From contig JAZJYZ010000001.1 in the NCBI GenBank assembly GCA_040390125.1, positions 307,026-371,025 of the forward strand: a stretch of 64,000 nt of DNA, given 5' to 3'. A program made the position numbers and the translations under genes. Every line of letters begins with the position of its first letter. Within the stretch, counting starts at the first letter, position 1. Below are positions 27,859-38,093 of this stretch, in pieces. The notes beneath the pieces were generated by a model. The model saw only the letters and a list, made by a program, of their open reading frames with translations. It had not been told where the DNA came from and did no database searches. The DNA comes from Patescibacteria group bacterium (GTDB lineage Bacteria; Patescibacteriota; Minisyncoccia; Phycocordibacterales; Phycocordibacteraceae).

Positions 27859-29065
27859 GCTTTAAATTCCCAAGTGCAGACAAGTCACTCGTTTTGCTCA
27901 TGCCTCCAGCATGCCGGAGATATCCTGCAACGCCAATCATGATGGCATTGTCCCCAGTGAGACTAGAGTCGGGGAAGGCGAGAGTGACTTCTCCAAAGGA
28001 GTCATTTACTAACTCTGTAAGCGCACGTCTGATTTCTCTGTTAGCAGAGACTCCACCTCCTACCGCAAGAATTTTTGGTTTAGTTATTTCAAGTGCACGC
28101 TTTGTTTTTATGACTACAACGTCTCGTGCTGCATTTTCAAATGCTTCCGCAATCTGCTCTTTGTCGTGTTCCTCTAACTTATCCATACTGCGGAGTTTAT
28201 AGAGCACTGCCGTTTTAAGTCCTGAGAAAGAGAAATCGCACGTGTCATCGTGTGCCATGGGTCGGGGAAACGTAATCCCACTGTCTTCGCCTCTCTCTCT
28301 AGCCCGCAGTGCTGATGCGGCGATCTCCGGGCCACCCGGGTAGGGAAGCTCGAGTAAGCGTGCCACTTTGTCGAACGCTTCGCCGATGGCATCATCTTTT
28401 GTTGCTCCTACGTGTTCATAGACGAACGGTTCTTTCATCAGTACAAATTCTGTGTGTCCACCTGAAATCAAAAGAGCCAAGATGGGGAAGTGTACAGTGT
28501 TTAGTGTATAGCGTTTAGGTTGAAGAAGGACTTCGGATTTTTCTGTCCACTGTCCACTGTCCACTATTCCCTTTCCCAGTAAGGCTGACACAATATGTCC
28601 TTCCATATGATCAATACCTAGAACCGGAATATTCCAGGCTCGTCCTAGGCTTTCTGCAAAGTTAATTCCAGTCCACAGCGCAGGCTCAAGCCCTGGCCCT
28701 CTCGTTACTGCAATGAGTGCGACATCGGGCTTTTCAGTAGCGTTTAGAAAAGTTCTTACGTCATTTCTGAATGCTTCATCACGGATGTTTTTGAGAGAAT
28801 TTTCATATGTAGAAGTGTCGTCTGTTTTCTTGTTCAGTAGTCCAGATGCCTTTAGGACTTGTGTCGCAAGTGGTGCAAGGTTGCCCTGGTGCTCCCGTTT
28901 TGCAAGGTTGGGGTAAACTCCACCGTATGGAGCATGAAGCGGTGCTTGAGAGTACAAAGCATCTCCAAGAACAGTAAATGTTGCTTCTTTGAAATCGCCC
29001 TCAGCCTCAATAATGGCTACCGCCGTTTCATCGCAACTGGTTTCTATAGAGAGTATTTTCACCAT
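27848..29065 (-). CDS. tsaD: t6A synthase TsaD, with a repeat-derived insert
   Basis: IETSCDET, HMEGH, SGGHT, DDAIGEAFDK, DNAIMI. Confidence 0.96.
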   Translation of the reverse strand: MVKILSIETSCDETAVAIIEAEGDFKEATFTVLGDALYSQAPLHAPYGGVYPNLAKREHQGNLAPLATQVLKASGLLNKKTDDTSTYENSLKNIRDEAFRNDVRTFLNATEKPDVALIAVTRGPGLEPALWTGINFAESLGRAWNIPVLGIDHMEGHIVSALLGKGIVDSGQWTEKSEVLLQPKRYTLNTVHFPILALLISGGHTEFVLMKEPFVYEHVGATKDDAIGEAFDKVARLLELPYPGGPEIAASALRARERGEDSGITFPRPMAHDDTCDFSFSGLKTAVLYKLRSMDKLEEHDKEQIAEAFENAARDVVVIKTKRALEITKPKILAVGGGVSANREIRRALTELVNDSFGEVTLAFPDSSLTGDNAIMIGVAGYLRHAGGMSKTSDLSALGNLKLGE

Positions 29066-29088
29066 GATTTTGAGGTATTATAACGTAA

Positions 29089-29643
29089 ATGCAAAGAAAC
29101 GACTTACTTGTTTGGATTGACCTTGAAATGACGTCCCTTCGGGATGTCACGAAGGACAGTATTATTGAAATTGCTGTGGTCATAACCGATGCCAACCTTG
29201 CCCTTGTGGCAGAAGGGCCTGACATCATCATTCATGCTGCCCAAACTGCGTTTGAAGGTATACCAAAAGACGCACTCGAAATTCACACAAAAAGTGGAAT
29301 TATCAATGAATCGGTTGCAAGCACCATAGCAATTCAGGATGCCGAAAAAGAAGTATTGGTATTTATTGAAGAGTACGTATCGCCTCAATCAAGTCCACTG
29401 TGTGGCAACTCAATACACATGGACAGAATGTTTTTGCGCATCCAGATGCCAACACTTGACTCGTATCTTCACTACCGTTGCATTGATGTGTCGACCTTGA
29501 AAGGCCTTGCAGAGCGTTGGAAGCCAGAGGTGTACGAGGGTTGGAGATCGGCACGAGGTCTAAAGAAACATCGTGCAAAAGATGACATTCTTCAGTCCAT
29601 AGAGGAGTTAAAATTTTATCGTAAACATTTTCTGAAAATATAA
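29089..29643 (+). CDS. orn: Oligoribonuclease
   Basis: WIDLEMT, LCGNSI, HYRCIDVST, HRAKDDI. Confidence 0.95.
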   Translation: MQRNDLLVWIDLEMTSLRDVTKDSIIEIAVVITDANLALVAEGPDIIIHAAQTAFEGIPKDALEIHTKSGIINESVASTIAIQDAEKEVLVFIEEYVSPQSSPLCGNSIHMDRMFLRIQMPTLDSYLHYRCIDVSTLKGLAERWKPEVYEGWRSARGLKKHRAKDDILQSIEELKFYRKHFLKI

Positions 29644-29722
29644 ACATATACTTCTCCCCGCTACCCCGATTAATCGGGGTAGCGCTAACCACTTACTACC
29701 CGCTACTTTCTACCCACTCATT

Positions 29723-31501
29723 ATGAAATCAATCTGGCGTGAAGATTTTCCAAAAGATACGAACCCGTTTCACTTTTTTCTTTTCTGCTCGAAGCCGTAT
29801 TGGAAGCCTGCGACGGTGGCTCTTATTGCGGTTATTGTTGCGGGTTCGTTTTCAGCCTCGATTGCCTACGTATTTAAATTGATAGCAAATGCTGCCGCAG
29901 ATCTTACAGTTGGTGGTTCGTATGAGGCGTTGGCGTGGGCCTGTGCAATGTATGTTCTTTTTCTTCTTGCTGCAAAAGCGTCGTGGCGGGTTTCCGGGTT
30001 TGCGGGTATGCGGTGGGCAACGGGCGCTCGTGCCACAGCTCGTCAGACTTTGACGTCATACGTAACACTCCATAGTCGTGCCTATTTTTCTGATAGGTTT
30101 GCAGGCTCCATCGCTAACAAAATAAGCCACGCAGGGGGTGGCATGTTGGAGATAGTCGAGAAAATCCTGTGGGATTTTCTCGAGCTCATTGTCGCTGCGA
30201 TAGTGAGCCTCATCATTGCGTTTTTTGTTTCTCCCGCAATTGCGTGGATTCTTCTCTTCTGGCTTTTCACTGTTGTAATCATCAATGTGTATTTTGCACG
30301 CAAGCGTCGTCCGCTTTCAATGCACGCTCAAGCACTTGAGACCAAACTTACGGGTATGACCGTAGACCTTCTTTCTAACATCACCACAATGCAGGAGTAT
30401 GCCAGGCGTGAATTTGAAATGGATAATTTTAAGGATGCAATAATGGAACGCCGAGTGGCGGGATTGAAAAATTGGGGTTTCAGTGAATACGTACTTGTTT
30501 TTAATAATATTCTCCAGTTCATTTTCGGCAGTGCAATGCTTTTTATTGCGGTGACGCTTATGCATAGTGGCGTTATATCGTTGGGAGACATTATTCTTGT
30601 CATCGTGATCATATTCAGGATAGAAGGTCACTTGCAGAGTCTGGGGAACAATATAAATAGAATGTCCAACACCTGGGGCGAAGTTGAGGAGAGTCTTCAG
30701 GAGATAGTTGCACCTCACGAGATTGCCGACTCGGCCGATGCAAGTACCTGTAGCATTTCTGTCGGTGAGATACGTCTTGTGGACGTCGGCTTCAATTATG
30801 ACGATGTGCCTATATTCGAGAAATTGAATCTTTTTATACCTGCAGGACAGCGTGTTGGCATAGTAGGGAGGAGTGGTGCAGGTAAGTCGACATTAATGCG
30901 AATCCTTCTTCGTCACCATGAGCTTCATAGCGGGGCGGTTATGATTGACGGCACCGACATTGCACAGGTAACGCAAGACTCACTTCGTTGTGGCATATCA
31001 GTCGTACCTCAAGAGCCGTTGCTCTTTCATCGCTCTATCAGTGCCAATATTGCGTATGGAAAGCCTGATGCAACTCAGGCAGAGATAGAGGAGGCAGCAC
31101 GCCTTGCACAGGCTCACGATTTTATTCAAAGACTTTCCGAAGGGTATGAATCGCTTGTGGGGGAACGCGGGGTAAAGCTTTCAGGTGGTGAGCGTCAACG
31201 CATCGCCATCGCTCGTGCCATCCTTAAAAATGCCCCTATTCTTCTTATGGATGAGGCTACGGCGTCCTTAGATAGCGAGAGCGAAGTTGCTATTCAAAAC
31301 GCACTTCGAGAGCTTATGAAAGGTAAGACAGTTATTGCTATCGCACATCGTCTTTCAACCCTTCGAGAGATGGATCGCATTATTGTTATGGACAGAGGGA
31401 AAATAATTGAGGAAGGAACTCATGACGAATTAGTGAAAACGGGAGGTACGTATTCAGAACTTTGGAATCACCAAGCGGGAGGCTTTTTGCAGGACACATA
31501 G
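29723..31501 (+). CDS. ABC exporter (fused permease and ATPase)
   Basis: GRSGAGKST, LSGGERQR, DEATASLD. Confidence 0.93.
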   Translation: MKSIWREDFPKDTNPFHFFLFCSKPYWKPATVALIAVIVAGSFSASIAYVFKLIANAAADLTVGGSYEALAWACAMYVLFLLAAKASWRVSGFAGMRWATGARATARQTLTSYVTLHSRAYFSDRFAGSIANKISHAGGGMLEIVEKILWDFLELIVAAIVSLIIAFFVSPAIAWILLFWLFTVVIINVYFARKRRPLSMHAQALETKLTGMTVDLLSNITTMQEYARREFEMDNFKDAIMERRVAGLKNWGFSEYVLVFNNILQFIFGSAMLFIAVTLMHSGVISLGDIILVIVIIFRIEGHLQSLGNNINRMSNTWGEVEESLQEIVAPHEIADSADASTCSISVGEIRLVDVGFNYDDVPIFEKLNLFIPAGQRVGIVGRSGAGKSTLMRILLRHHELHSGAVMIDGTDIAQVTQDSLRCGISVVPQEPLLFHRSISANIAYGKPDATQAEIEEAARLAQAHDFIQRLSEGYESLVGERGVKLSGGERQRIAIARAILKNAPILLMDEATASLDSESEVAIQNALRELMKGKTVIAIAHRLSTLREMDRIIVMDRGKIIEEGTHDELVKTGGTYSELWNHQAGGFLQDT

Positions 31502-31653
31502 ACTTCTTTGTTAGTTCGAGTCATTGCGCAAGCTTGAAAAAGCTCTTGAAACGAGCTATTCTCTCCCGTACCGTGCGGTGAGCAGAGGCTTTACTGCAGA
31601 GGTATAGAGAAAGAGTGCTCATGCAGAATATGCATTAACCTCTTTAGGGTTTT

Positions 31654-31726
31654 GCGCGGTTAGCTCAGTTGGTAGAGCGCGTCATTGACGTTGACGATGT
31701 CGGGGGTTCGAATCCCTCACCGCGCA
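31654..31726 (+). tRNA. tRNA-Val(GAC)
   Basis: GCGCGGT/ACCGCGC, cgtca-TT-GAC-GT-tgacg. Confidence 0.95.
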
Positions 31727-31987
31727 CTTGAGAGAGCTTCTTGCGAACGAGAGTGTGCAGTGAGCGAAACGCCTGCGCGTTTTGCGTAGGGATTCGAAGG
31801 GAATTTTTATGTTTTTTCAGCAGGAAAAACTAAAATTCCGGGGTCGAGGAGGGAGAATGCGACGGCACTCTCCCGAGGTGACCGAATCCTTCGCTCGTAT
31901 GAGGGATTCGAGTGAATCGTGCCGAGAGGCTTCAGGAAATTTTTCTGTTGTAAAATTATCCGTGACCGAATTCCTCATCGCACACCA
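31727..31987 (+). repeat. tRNA-3'-associated element, two tandem units
   Basis: Antisense tRNA pieces at 31753-31764, 31788-31798 and 31900-31911; TGACC-GAAT at 31879 and 31963. Confidence 0.8.
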
Positions 31988-32023
31988 GGTCTAGGAATTA
32001 GTGGTCCTCTTCTAATTTTTCTT

Positions 32024-32608
32024 ATGAATCCAATCGACATTTTAGCCAACGGGGGAATCGTGCTTTATCCAACCGATACTCTGTACGGGCTCGGAGTGGA
32101 TGCTGTGAATAGTGATGCACTCAAGAAACTGCGAGTGCTTAAAGGTAGGGAAGAGGGCAAGCCGATTTCTATTGTTGTTTCTGATATGAAGATGGCGGAA
32201 GAGCATGCGGAAGTGACACCGCTTGCATTGAAACTTGCCGAAGCATTTCTTCCAGGAAAGCTCACGCTTATTTTGAAAGCGAAGGACAACCTACCTCTCG
32301 AACTTACGGCTGGTACAGGCACTGTAGGGATACGCATACCTAATCACATTCTTTGTTTGAATTTGGCACGAGAGCTTGGTCGCCCTTACACTGCCACCTC
32401 TGCCAACGTGAGTGATATGGAACCTAAAAGCTCCGTGCCTGCCATACTTGCGCAATTCGGCTCGGCGAGCAGCCTCATTGATCGAACTATTGATGTAGGG
32501 GAGCTCTTGGAATCTCTTCCCTCAACTGTGGTCGACGCACGTGGAGCACTACCGCATATTATCCGTGAAGGCGCAGTTTCTAGGCAAGATATAGAAAATC
32601 TAAATTAA
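32024..32608 (+). CDS. tsaC: L-threonylcarbamoyladenylate synthase (TsaC/Sua5)
   Basis: YPTDTLYGL, KGR, VGIRIP, TSAN, IREGA. Confidence 0.92.
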   Translation: MNPIDILANGGIVLYPTDTLYGLGVDAVNSDALKKLRVLKGREEGKPISIVVSDMKMAEEHAEVTPLALKLAEAFLPGKLTLILKAKDNLPLELTAGTGTVGIRIPNHILCLNLARELGRPYTATSANVSDMEPKSSVPAILAQFGSASSLIDRTIDVGELLESLPSTVVDARGALPHIIREGAVSRQDIENLN

Positions 32609-32687
32609 CCTCATTCTAGTGTTTTGCAAAACGTTGGAATGAAGTCGGCTTTTTGTATCCTTAATTATATGGCTATAGTATCAAGTC

Positions 32688-32729
32688 CGATATAGTATAA
32701 AAGTGCGACCGCACTTTTATACTATATCG
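32688..32729. repeat. 42-bp REP-like palindrome (second copy at 35653-35694)
   Basis: cgatatagtataaaagtgc-gacc-gcacttttatactatatcg. Confidence 0.85.
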
Positions 32730-32808
32730 ACACTGTAGGTTGGAGTGCTAGTTTTTTACGGCAACTATTAGGATCTTCAGATTACTGAAGATTAATTTTT
32801 TTCTGTAT

Positions 32809-33651
32809 TTATTTTGGAAACACATCTACAAGTTCGTCAGAGTAGTAGAAAAGTGCTCCAAGTTCTCCGAATAAATACGTTTTTCCTCCTGTTTGAATAG
32901 CTGCACCTCCGGTAACAGGTGATGGGTTAGGGTTCGATTTTTGAAAACCGATATTAAAGAGTGTGCCGACCACATCTGGATTTTGCGTTATGTCGTAGCC
33001 TGCTCTCTTCCACTGTGCTTGAATTTCTTTTATATAGAGTGCTGTATAGAGGTATGAGTAGTAATGGTCTTTGGGGTCGGTGAGCCGTCTATAGAGCTCC
33101 ACGTCGTGCTCAACCCCTGCTGGGTATGCAATAAGGGCTTGCATTGCGGATCCGGGGTAAAAAGGAGATGAGGAATCCTGTGCATTAAGTTCAATCATGT
33201 TGGCGGTTTCTTGCTTGATTCCTGAAACGCCTAAGGAAAATTGCGAGAGGGAACCAAGGATTTTCAATGGTTCAAAATAGCTTTTAAACACTTCGCGTTC
33301 CGAGGTGAAGAATCGAATTTGCTCAGGGATTACCACCGTTGCAATCATACGTTTTGATACTCCGGTTTCTGACGATACCCGTGCAATTATCTCTGTATCT
33401 TTGAGGAGACCTCCTTTGACCGTCTCCCACTCAGGAGTTTTATTCCAAACGCACTCTGGGCGGTTCATATCGAGGCAGGGGATGGCGTCTGGTTTTTTCC
33501 CGAAGAATGCGTTTCTTTCATCAACTGCTCCACGCACATTCAAAAGTCCAAATTGCATGGCCACAAAGACCCCACTAAAAAGCACCCCAATAAGGGCGAA
33601 GATACCGATAAGTACAAAAAAAATTCTTTTGAAGATTTTATTACTATTCAT
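32809..33651 (-). CDS. Hypothetical membrane-anchored protein (possible lysozyme-like fold, unverified)
   Basis: ORF track; N-terminal TM segment. Confidence 0.7.
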   Translation of the reverse strand: MNSNKIFKRIFFVLIGIFALIGVLFSGVFVAMQFGLLNVRGAVDERNAFFGKKPDAIPCLDMNRPECVWNKTPEWETVKGGLLKDTEIIARVSSETGVSKRMIATVVIPEQIRFFTSEREVFKSYFEPLKILGSLSQFSLGVSGIKQETANMIELNAQDSSSPFYPGSAMQALIAYPAGVEHDVELYRRLTDPKDHYYSYLYTALYIKEIQAQWKRAGYDITQNPDVVGTLFNIGFQKSNPNPSPVTGGAAIQTGGKTYLFGELGALFYYSDELVDVFPK

Positions 33652-33704
33652 AGAGATTTACATGTCCAAAAATAGTCCCGCATTAAACGGGTTATTTTTC
33701 GACA

Positions 33705-33776
33705 TGACCCCACCGGGAATCGAACCCGGGTTCCAAGCTTGAAAAGCTTGTGTCCTAACCGTTAGACGATGGGGCC
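33705..33776 (-). tRNA. tRNA-Glu(TTC)
   Basis: ggcccca...tggggtc, caagc-TT-TTC-AA-gcttg. Confidence 0.95.
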
Positions 33777-33998
33777 GAACGAGAAGGAAAATGAATTTCA
33801 AGATTCATTTTCTTCGAGAGAGGCCCCGCTTAGCCGAAGGCGACTGGGGCCGAAGCAGAAAATATAGCATTTCCAACAAAAAATGCTAGAATCTCCAAGT
33901 TCTGCAAGGATTTTTGAAGAATAAGAGAATTGGAAAACTAGCTGGTTTATGGAAGTAAGTAATTTTACCTCCCTATACGGCTGACATAGTAAACATAC

Positions 33999-34085
33999 GG
34001 AGAGGTGGCTGAGTGGTCGAAAGCACCGGTTTCGAAAACCGGCAGAGGTGAAAGCTTCTCGGGAGTTCGAATCTCCCCCTCTCCG
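33999..34085 (+). tRNA. tRNA-Ser(CGA)
   Basis: GGAGAGG/CCTCTCC, ccggt-TT-CGA-AA-accgg, long variable arm. Confidence 0.95.
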
Positions 34086-34128
34086 CCCGAAGAAAAAAGT
34101 ATCGTAGGTATGTTGAGACCTTGGTCTT

Positions 34129-34896
34129 ATGGAAAAAATTACCCGAGCAAAACAGCTTATTGATGAGCTCCAGATAAAAGTCACGGCTTATTTTGCAGCT
34201 GATCCATATAAAATTGGAACAAAAAAGGACCCAGTTAATGGGCGTCTTATTTATTACATTCAGGAAATTAAAGACCTTCCTGTTGAAATCAAAACAATAA
34301 CGGGAGATGTGATACAAAATCTAAGAAGTGCCCTTGATCAATTGGCTTATAGTCTTTTTATAAAAGCAGGTGGGGCGCCCGCAGATGCGAGACATGTTTA
34401 TTTTCCTATCGTTGAAAGTGAAATAAAATTCAAAGAGGCAAACACGCAAAAGAAAATAGCAGGCCTATCTCAGATAGCGGTGAATGCGATTATTGCAGTT
34501 AGGCCCTATAAAGAAGGGAATATAAGACTTTGGCAACTACATGAGCTGAATAACCTTGATAAACACCGACTTCTTATAACGGCCGGATCTTCTTTCGGAA
34601 GTATGGATATTGCATCGCATGCCTTGAGATTGTTGTCAGCAGGCATTCCTGGTATGGAAAATATTTCTATGCCGCCCGTATTTATAAAGCCCGCAGACAA
34701 TCTATTTCCTTTAAAGCAAGGAGACGAACTCTTTATTGATGGCCCAGAAGCCACTCCAAATCCTAAAATAAGTTTTAATATTCAGCTCGTTCTCAATGAA
34801 ACGGGTATCGCAGAGGGACAGCCCCTGATGCCTTTTCTTAGGGGAATGGCTGATGAGGTAGAAACTACTTTTAACGTTTTTAAGCCTTTGTTGTAA
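34129..34896 (+). CDS. Hypothetical protein, possibly HEPN-like
   Basis: GDVIQNLRSALDQLAY and LHELNNLDKHR motifs. Confidence 0.6.
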   Translation: MEKITRAKQLIDELQIKVTAYFAADPYKIGTKKDPVNGRLIYYIQEIKDLPVEIKTITGDVIQNLRSALDQLAYSLFIKAGGAPADARHVYFPIVESEIKFKEANTQKKIAGLSQIAVNAIIAVRPYKEGNIRLWQLHELNNLDKHRLLITAGSSFGSMDIASHALRLLSAGIPGMENISMPPVFIKPADNLFPLKQGDELFIDGPEATPNPKISFNIQLVLNETGIAEGQPLMPFLRGMADEVETTFNVFKPLL

Positions 34897-35014
34897 GGAT
34901 AGAATCACCAAGTCATCCTCGCTGTCGAGGTCTCGGCATGCCGTCCGAAAAGACGCTAGAATATCCTTATGGTGCTTGCAGTGGTGGATGCTAACTGTAA
35001 GTGGCCCGCCAGCA

Positions 35015-35629
35015 ATGAATTCAACGAATCTAATGGTCGCTCTTAAGTATCTTTCCAAGGACACACACTTAGGAAAGGTGGTTAAGAAGGGTCCAAAGCC
35101 TGACTTTAAGCCTGCACGGAATGTCTATGAAGCGCTGGTGCGCTCTATTGTGTATCAACAACTCTCTGGGAAGGCAGCTGGGACAATACTTCGAAGATTT
35201 CTCGCTCTGTTTCCAGGAACTGGATATCCAAAGCCGGAAGCAGTGTTAAAAATGAGTATCGCAAAAATGCGAAGCGCAGGTCTTTCCGGGCAGAAGACTG
35301 CGTATATAAAAGACCTTTCGGCAAAATTCTTAGACGGCACTATAGAACCGAGGAAATTTAAGGTGATGACTGACGAAGAGATACGTACGCATTTAATTGC
35401 GGTGAAGGGTATTGGCAGGTGGAGTGCAGACATGTTCTTGATGTTTGCGTTAAACAGACCAGACGTGCTTCCAACCGGGGACTTGGGTATCCGCAAGGGA
35501 TTTCAAGAACTTTTTAAACTGAAAAACTTGCCCGATGCAAAGAAAATGGAGCGTTTCGCTGAGCCGTGGAAGCCATACCGCACTGTTGCCTCATGGTACC
35601 TGTGGCGGATTGCGGATTCACTAAAGTAA
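35015..35629 (+). CDS. DNA-3-methyladenine glycosylase II (AlkA/HhH-GPD family); start uncertain
   Basis: SIVYQQLS, VKGIGRWSADMFL, DLG, WKPYRT. Confidence 0.9.
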   Translation: MNSTNLMVALKYLSKDTHLGKVVKKGPKPDFKPARNVYEALVRSIVYQQLSGKAAGTILRRFLALFPGTGYPKPEAVLKMSIAKMRSAGLSGQKTAYIKDLSAKFLDGTIEPRKFKVMTDEEIRTHLIAVKGIGRWSADMFLMFALNRPDVLPTGDLGIRKGFQELFKLKNLPDAKKMERFAEPWKPYRTVASWYLWRIADSLK

Positions 35630-35889
35630 TTTCCAAAAAACTCCCGAGGAGTCGATATAGTATAAAGGTGCGACCGCACTTTTATACTATATCGTTGTAT
35701 ACGTCACTATTGCGCCGACACTTTAAGATTAATGGAATAATTTGTGCAACATCCGGATGTTGCACAATTTGGTAGCACAAATTCCTATTTCGTTTCGTAT
35801 TATCCTCTCGGATCCGATGAGGCATTTTGGTCCCTGCGGACACGATGAAGCATCGCCTAAAAGCTGAAAGCTAGCACCTAGAACCTAAT

Positions 35890-37146
35890 TCAGGTTCCTT
35901 CTTCCCAGCTTGAAAGGTATTTCTTTTGTTCGTCTGTGAGTGTGTCAACGTAGATGCCCATAGAGGCGAGCTTCAAGTTAGCAACACGAACTTCTATTTC
36001 TGGATCAATTTCATAGACTCCAGGTTTTAAATTTGCTTTGTTTGCGACAACCCATGAGGAAGCAAGTGCTTGCGTTGCAAAGCTCATGTCCATCACGGAT
36101 GCTGGATGTCCTTCAGCGGCGGCAAGGTTTACCAAGCGCCCCTCTCCGATGACGTACAATCTTTTTCCTCCAACTAAGTATTCATCAACATTTTTACGTA
36201 CATCTTTTGTGACTTTTTCAGCCATTGCCTCTAGAGCCTTGAGGTTTATTTCAACATCAAAGTGTCCCGAGTTACAGAGAATGGCTCCATCTTTCATGGC
36301 AGGGAAGTGTGCTTTATCAATGACGTTGATGTCGCCAGTCAAGGTACAGAAGATATCGCCAATTTTAGCGGCCTCTTTCATAGGCATGACCTCAAAACCA
36401 TCCATAACAGCTTCCAGAGCTTTGATTGAATCGACTTCAGTAACTACTGTGCGTGCTCCCATGCCACGTGCTCGCATTGCGAATCCTCGTCCGCACCAGC
36501 CGTATCCTCCGACTACCACGACCTTGCCTGCAATGAGCGCATCAGTTGCACGGATGATGCCGTCTAGCGTTGATTGCCCGGTACCATATCGGTTGTCAAA
36601 AAGATTTTTTGTCTTTGCATCGTTTACGGCAACAACAGGAATTTTTAGTGCACCGTCTTTTGCCATAGCCCTGAGGCGAATGACGCCGGTCGTTGTTTCT
36701 TCCATGCTTCCCATTATTTGCGTTGCTTTTTCAGGATGGTCACGATGAATAGTGGTGATGAGGTCTGCTCCATCATCCATAGTGATTACCGGGTTATGGG
36801 CAATTGCGGATTCAATGTGTGAGAAAAATGTTTCTTTATTCTCGGCTCGTATTGCAAACACGGGAATGCCGTAGTCGACAACTAACGATGCGGCAACATC
36901 GTCTTGTGTGGAGAGAGGGTTAGAGGCAACGAGAAGCACATTAGCACCGCCAGCTTTCAGTGTACGCATGAGGTTTGCGGTTTCAGCGGTGACATGTAGG
37001 CAGGCTGAAAAATTCATACCTTTGAATGGCTGTTCTTTTTCAAATTGTGCACGTACATCACGCAACACTGGCATGTCACGCTCTGCCCATTCAATTCTTT
37101 TCTTACCTTCGGGAGCAAGTGCTTTGTCTTTAATGTCGAATTCCAT
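35890..37146 (-). CDS. ahcY: Adenosylhomocysteinase
   Basis: [34 protein letters not shown]. Confidence 0.97.
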   Translation of the reverse strand: MEFDIKDKALAPEGKKRIEWAERDMPVLRDVRAQFEKEQPFKGMNFSACLHVTAETANLMRTLKAGGANVLLVASNPLSTQDDVAASLVVDYGIPVFAIRAENKETFFSHIESAIAHNPVITMDDGADLITTIHRDHPEKATQIMGSMEETTTGVIRLRAMAKDGALKIPVVAVNDAKTKNLFDNRYGTGQSTLDGIIRATDALIAGKVVVVGGYGWCGRGFAMRARGMGARTVVTEVDSIKALEAVMDGFEVMPMKEAAKIGDIFCTLTGDINVIDKAHFPAMKDGAILCNSGHFDVEINLKALEAMAEKVTKDVRKNVDEYLVGGKRLYVIGEGRLVNLAAAEGHPASVMDMSFATQALASSWVVANKANLKPGVYEIDPEIEVRVANLKLASMGIYVDTLTDEQKKYLSSWEEGT

Positions 37147-37154
37147 AGTGATAG

Positions 37155-38093
37155 TTATGAGGGTAATGTTTCTTTAAAATTTTCCTTGTAGCGAGCGGCA
37201 AGGCTCACTGGGTTGAAAATGTGTGTCTGAGTACCTCGAAGCTCAACAGTATAACAAGCGACGAGTCCTGCAAGTTTTCCTATTGTTTCGAGTGGCCAAC
37301 CTTTGAGGAGTCCGTGCATGAAGCCTGCACGATAGGCATCGCCGGCACCTGTTGGGTCAATAGTGTTTTTTGGAGTCCCTGCGGGCACTTTGATAATCAT
37401 GTTGCCTTTTCGTATTTCTGAGCCGTTTGCACCAAACGTAGTAACGAGAATTTCTGTATGCGTGAGCATGTCTTCTGCACTCCACCCCGTTTTTTTTGTA
37501 ATCAGTGCACGTTCATAGTCGTTTACGATGCACACTTTCGCACCCTCCATTCCTTTTTTAATGTCCTCATCTGAGATATTGCCAATTTGTTGGCCTGGGT
37601 CAAACATAAAAGGAATGCCGTGTGTGCGACAAAACTCAGGAATTGCACGCATGTCTTCCGGGTTACCAGGACCAACAATCACGAAGGCATCACGGTCGAT
37701 AGTACGTTCGCTCAAAGCGTAGGGGAGTTGCATGGCGCCTGGATAGAAAGCGCTGATTTGGTTGTATTTCTGGTCTGTCATCACGGTAGCGAAAGCGGTG
37801 CGGACATTTCCGTTGATGCGTATGCGTCCGGTATCAATATGACGGGATTGTAGCCAATTTTGATACGGTTCAAAATCATTGCCAGCGTTGGCAACTATGA
37901 CGGCATCGTCACCCAAGAGGGCAAGGGTGTAGGCAATGTTGCCCGCAGTGCCTCCATATGACTCTTCCAATGAGTCGACATAGAAGCTCACGTTTATGTC
38001 GTGGATTTTTTCAGGCAGGATATGATCACCAAACAGACCCTTGTAGTCCAAGATGCGGTCGTAAGCGAGAGAGCCGGAGATGAAGATACGCAT
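37155..38093 (-). CDS. PfkB-family kinase (adenosine/nucleoside kinase-like)
   Basis: [27 protein letters not shown]. Confidence 0.88.
   Translation of the reverse strand: MRIFISGSLAYDRILDYKGLFGDHILPEKIHDINVSFYVDSLEESYGGTAGNIAYTLALLGDDAVIVANAGNDFEPYQNWLQSRHIDTGRIRINGNVRTAFATVMTDQKYNQISAFYPGAMQLPYALSERTIDRDAFVIVGPGNPEDMRAIPEFCRTHGIPFMFDPGQQIGNISDEDIKKGMEGAKVCIVNDYERALITKKTGWSAEDMLTHTEILVTTFGANGSEIRKGNMIIKVPAGTPKNTIDPTGAGDAYRAGFMHGLLKGWPLETIGKLAGLVACYTVELRGTQTHIFNPVSLAARYKENFKETLPS

Noticed and set aside
31919-32023. N-terminal extension of tsaC in the ORF track
   Set aside because: It runs through the tRNA-Val element; ATG 32024 matches the family start.
36038-36748. Long antisense ORFs over ahcY (also over ftsA at 41296..41997 and infB at 58881..59612)
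   Set aside because: Shadow frames of well-conserved genes on the opposite strand.
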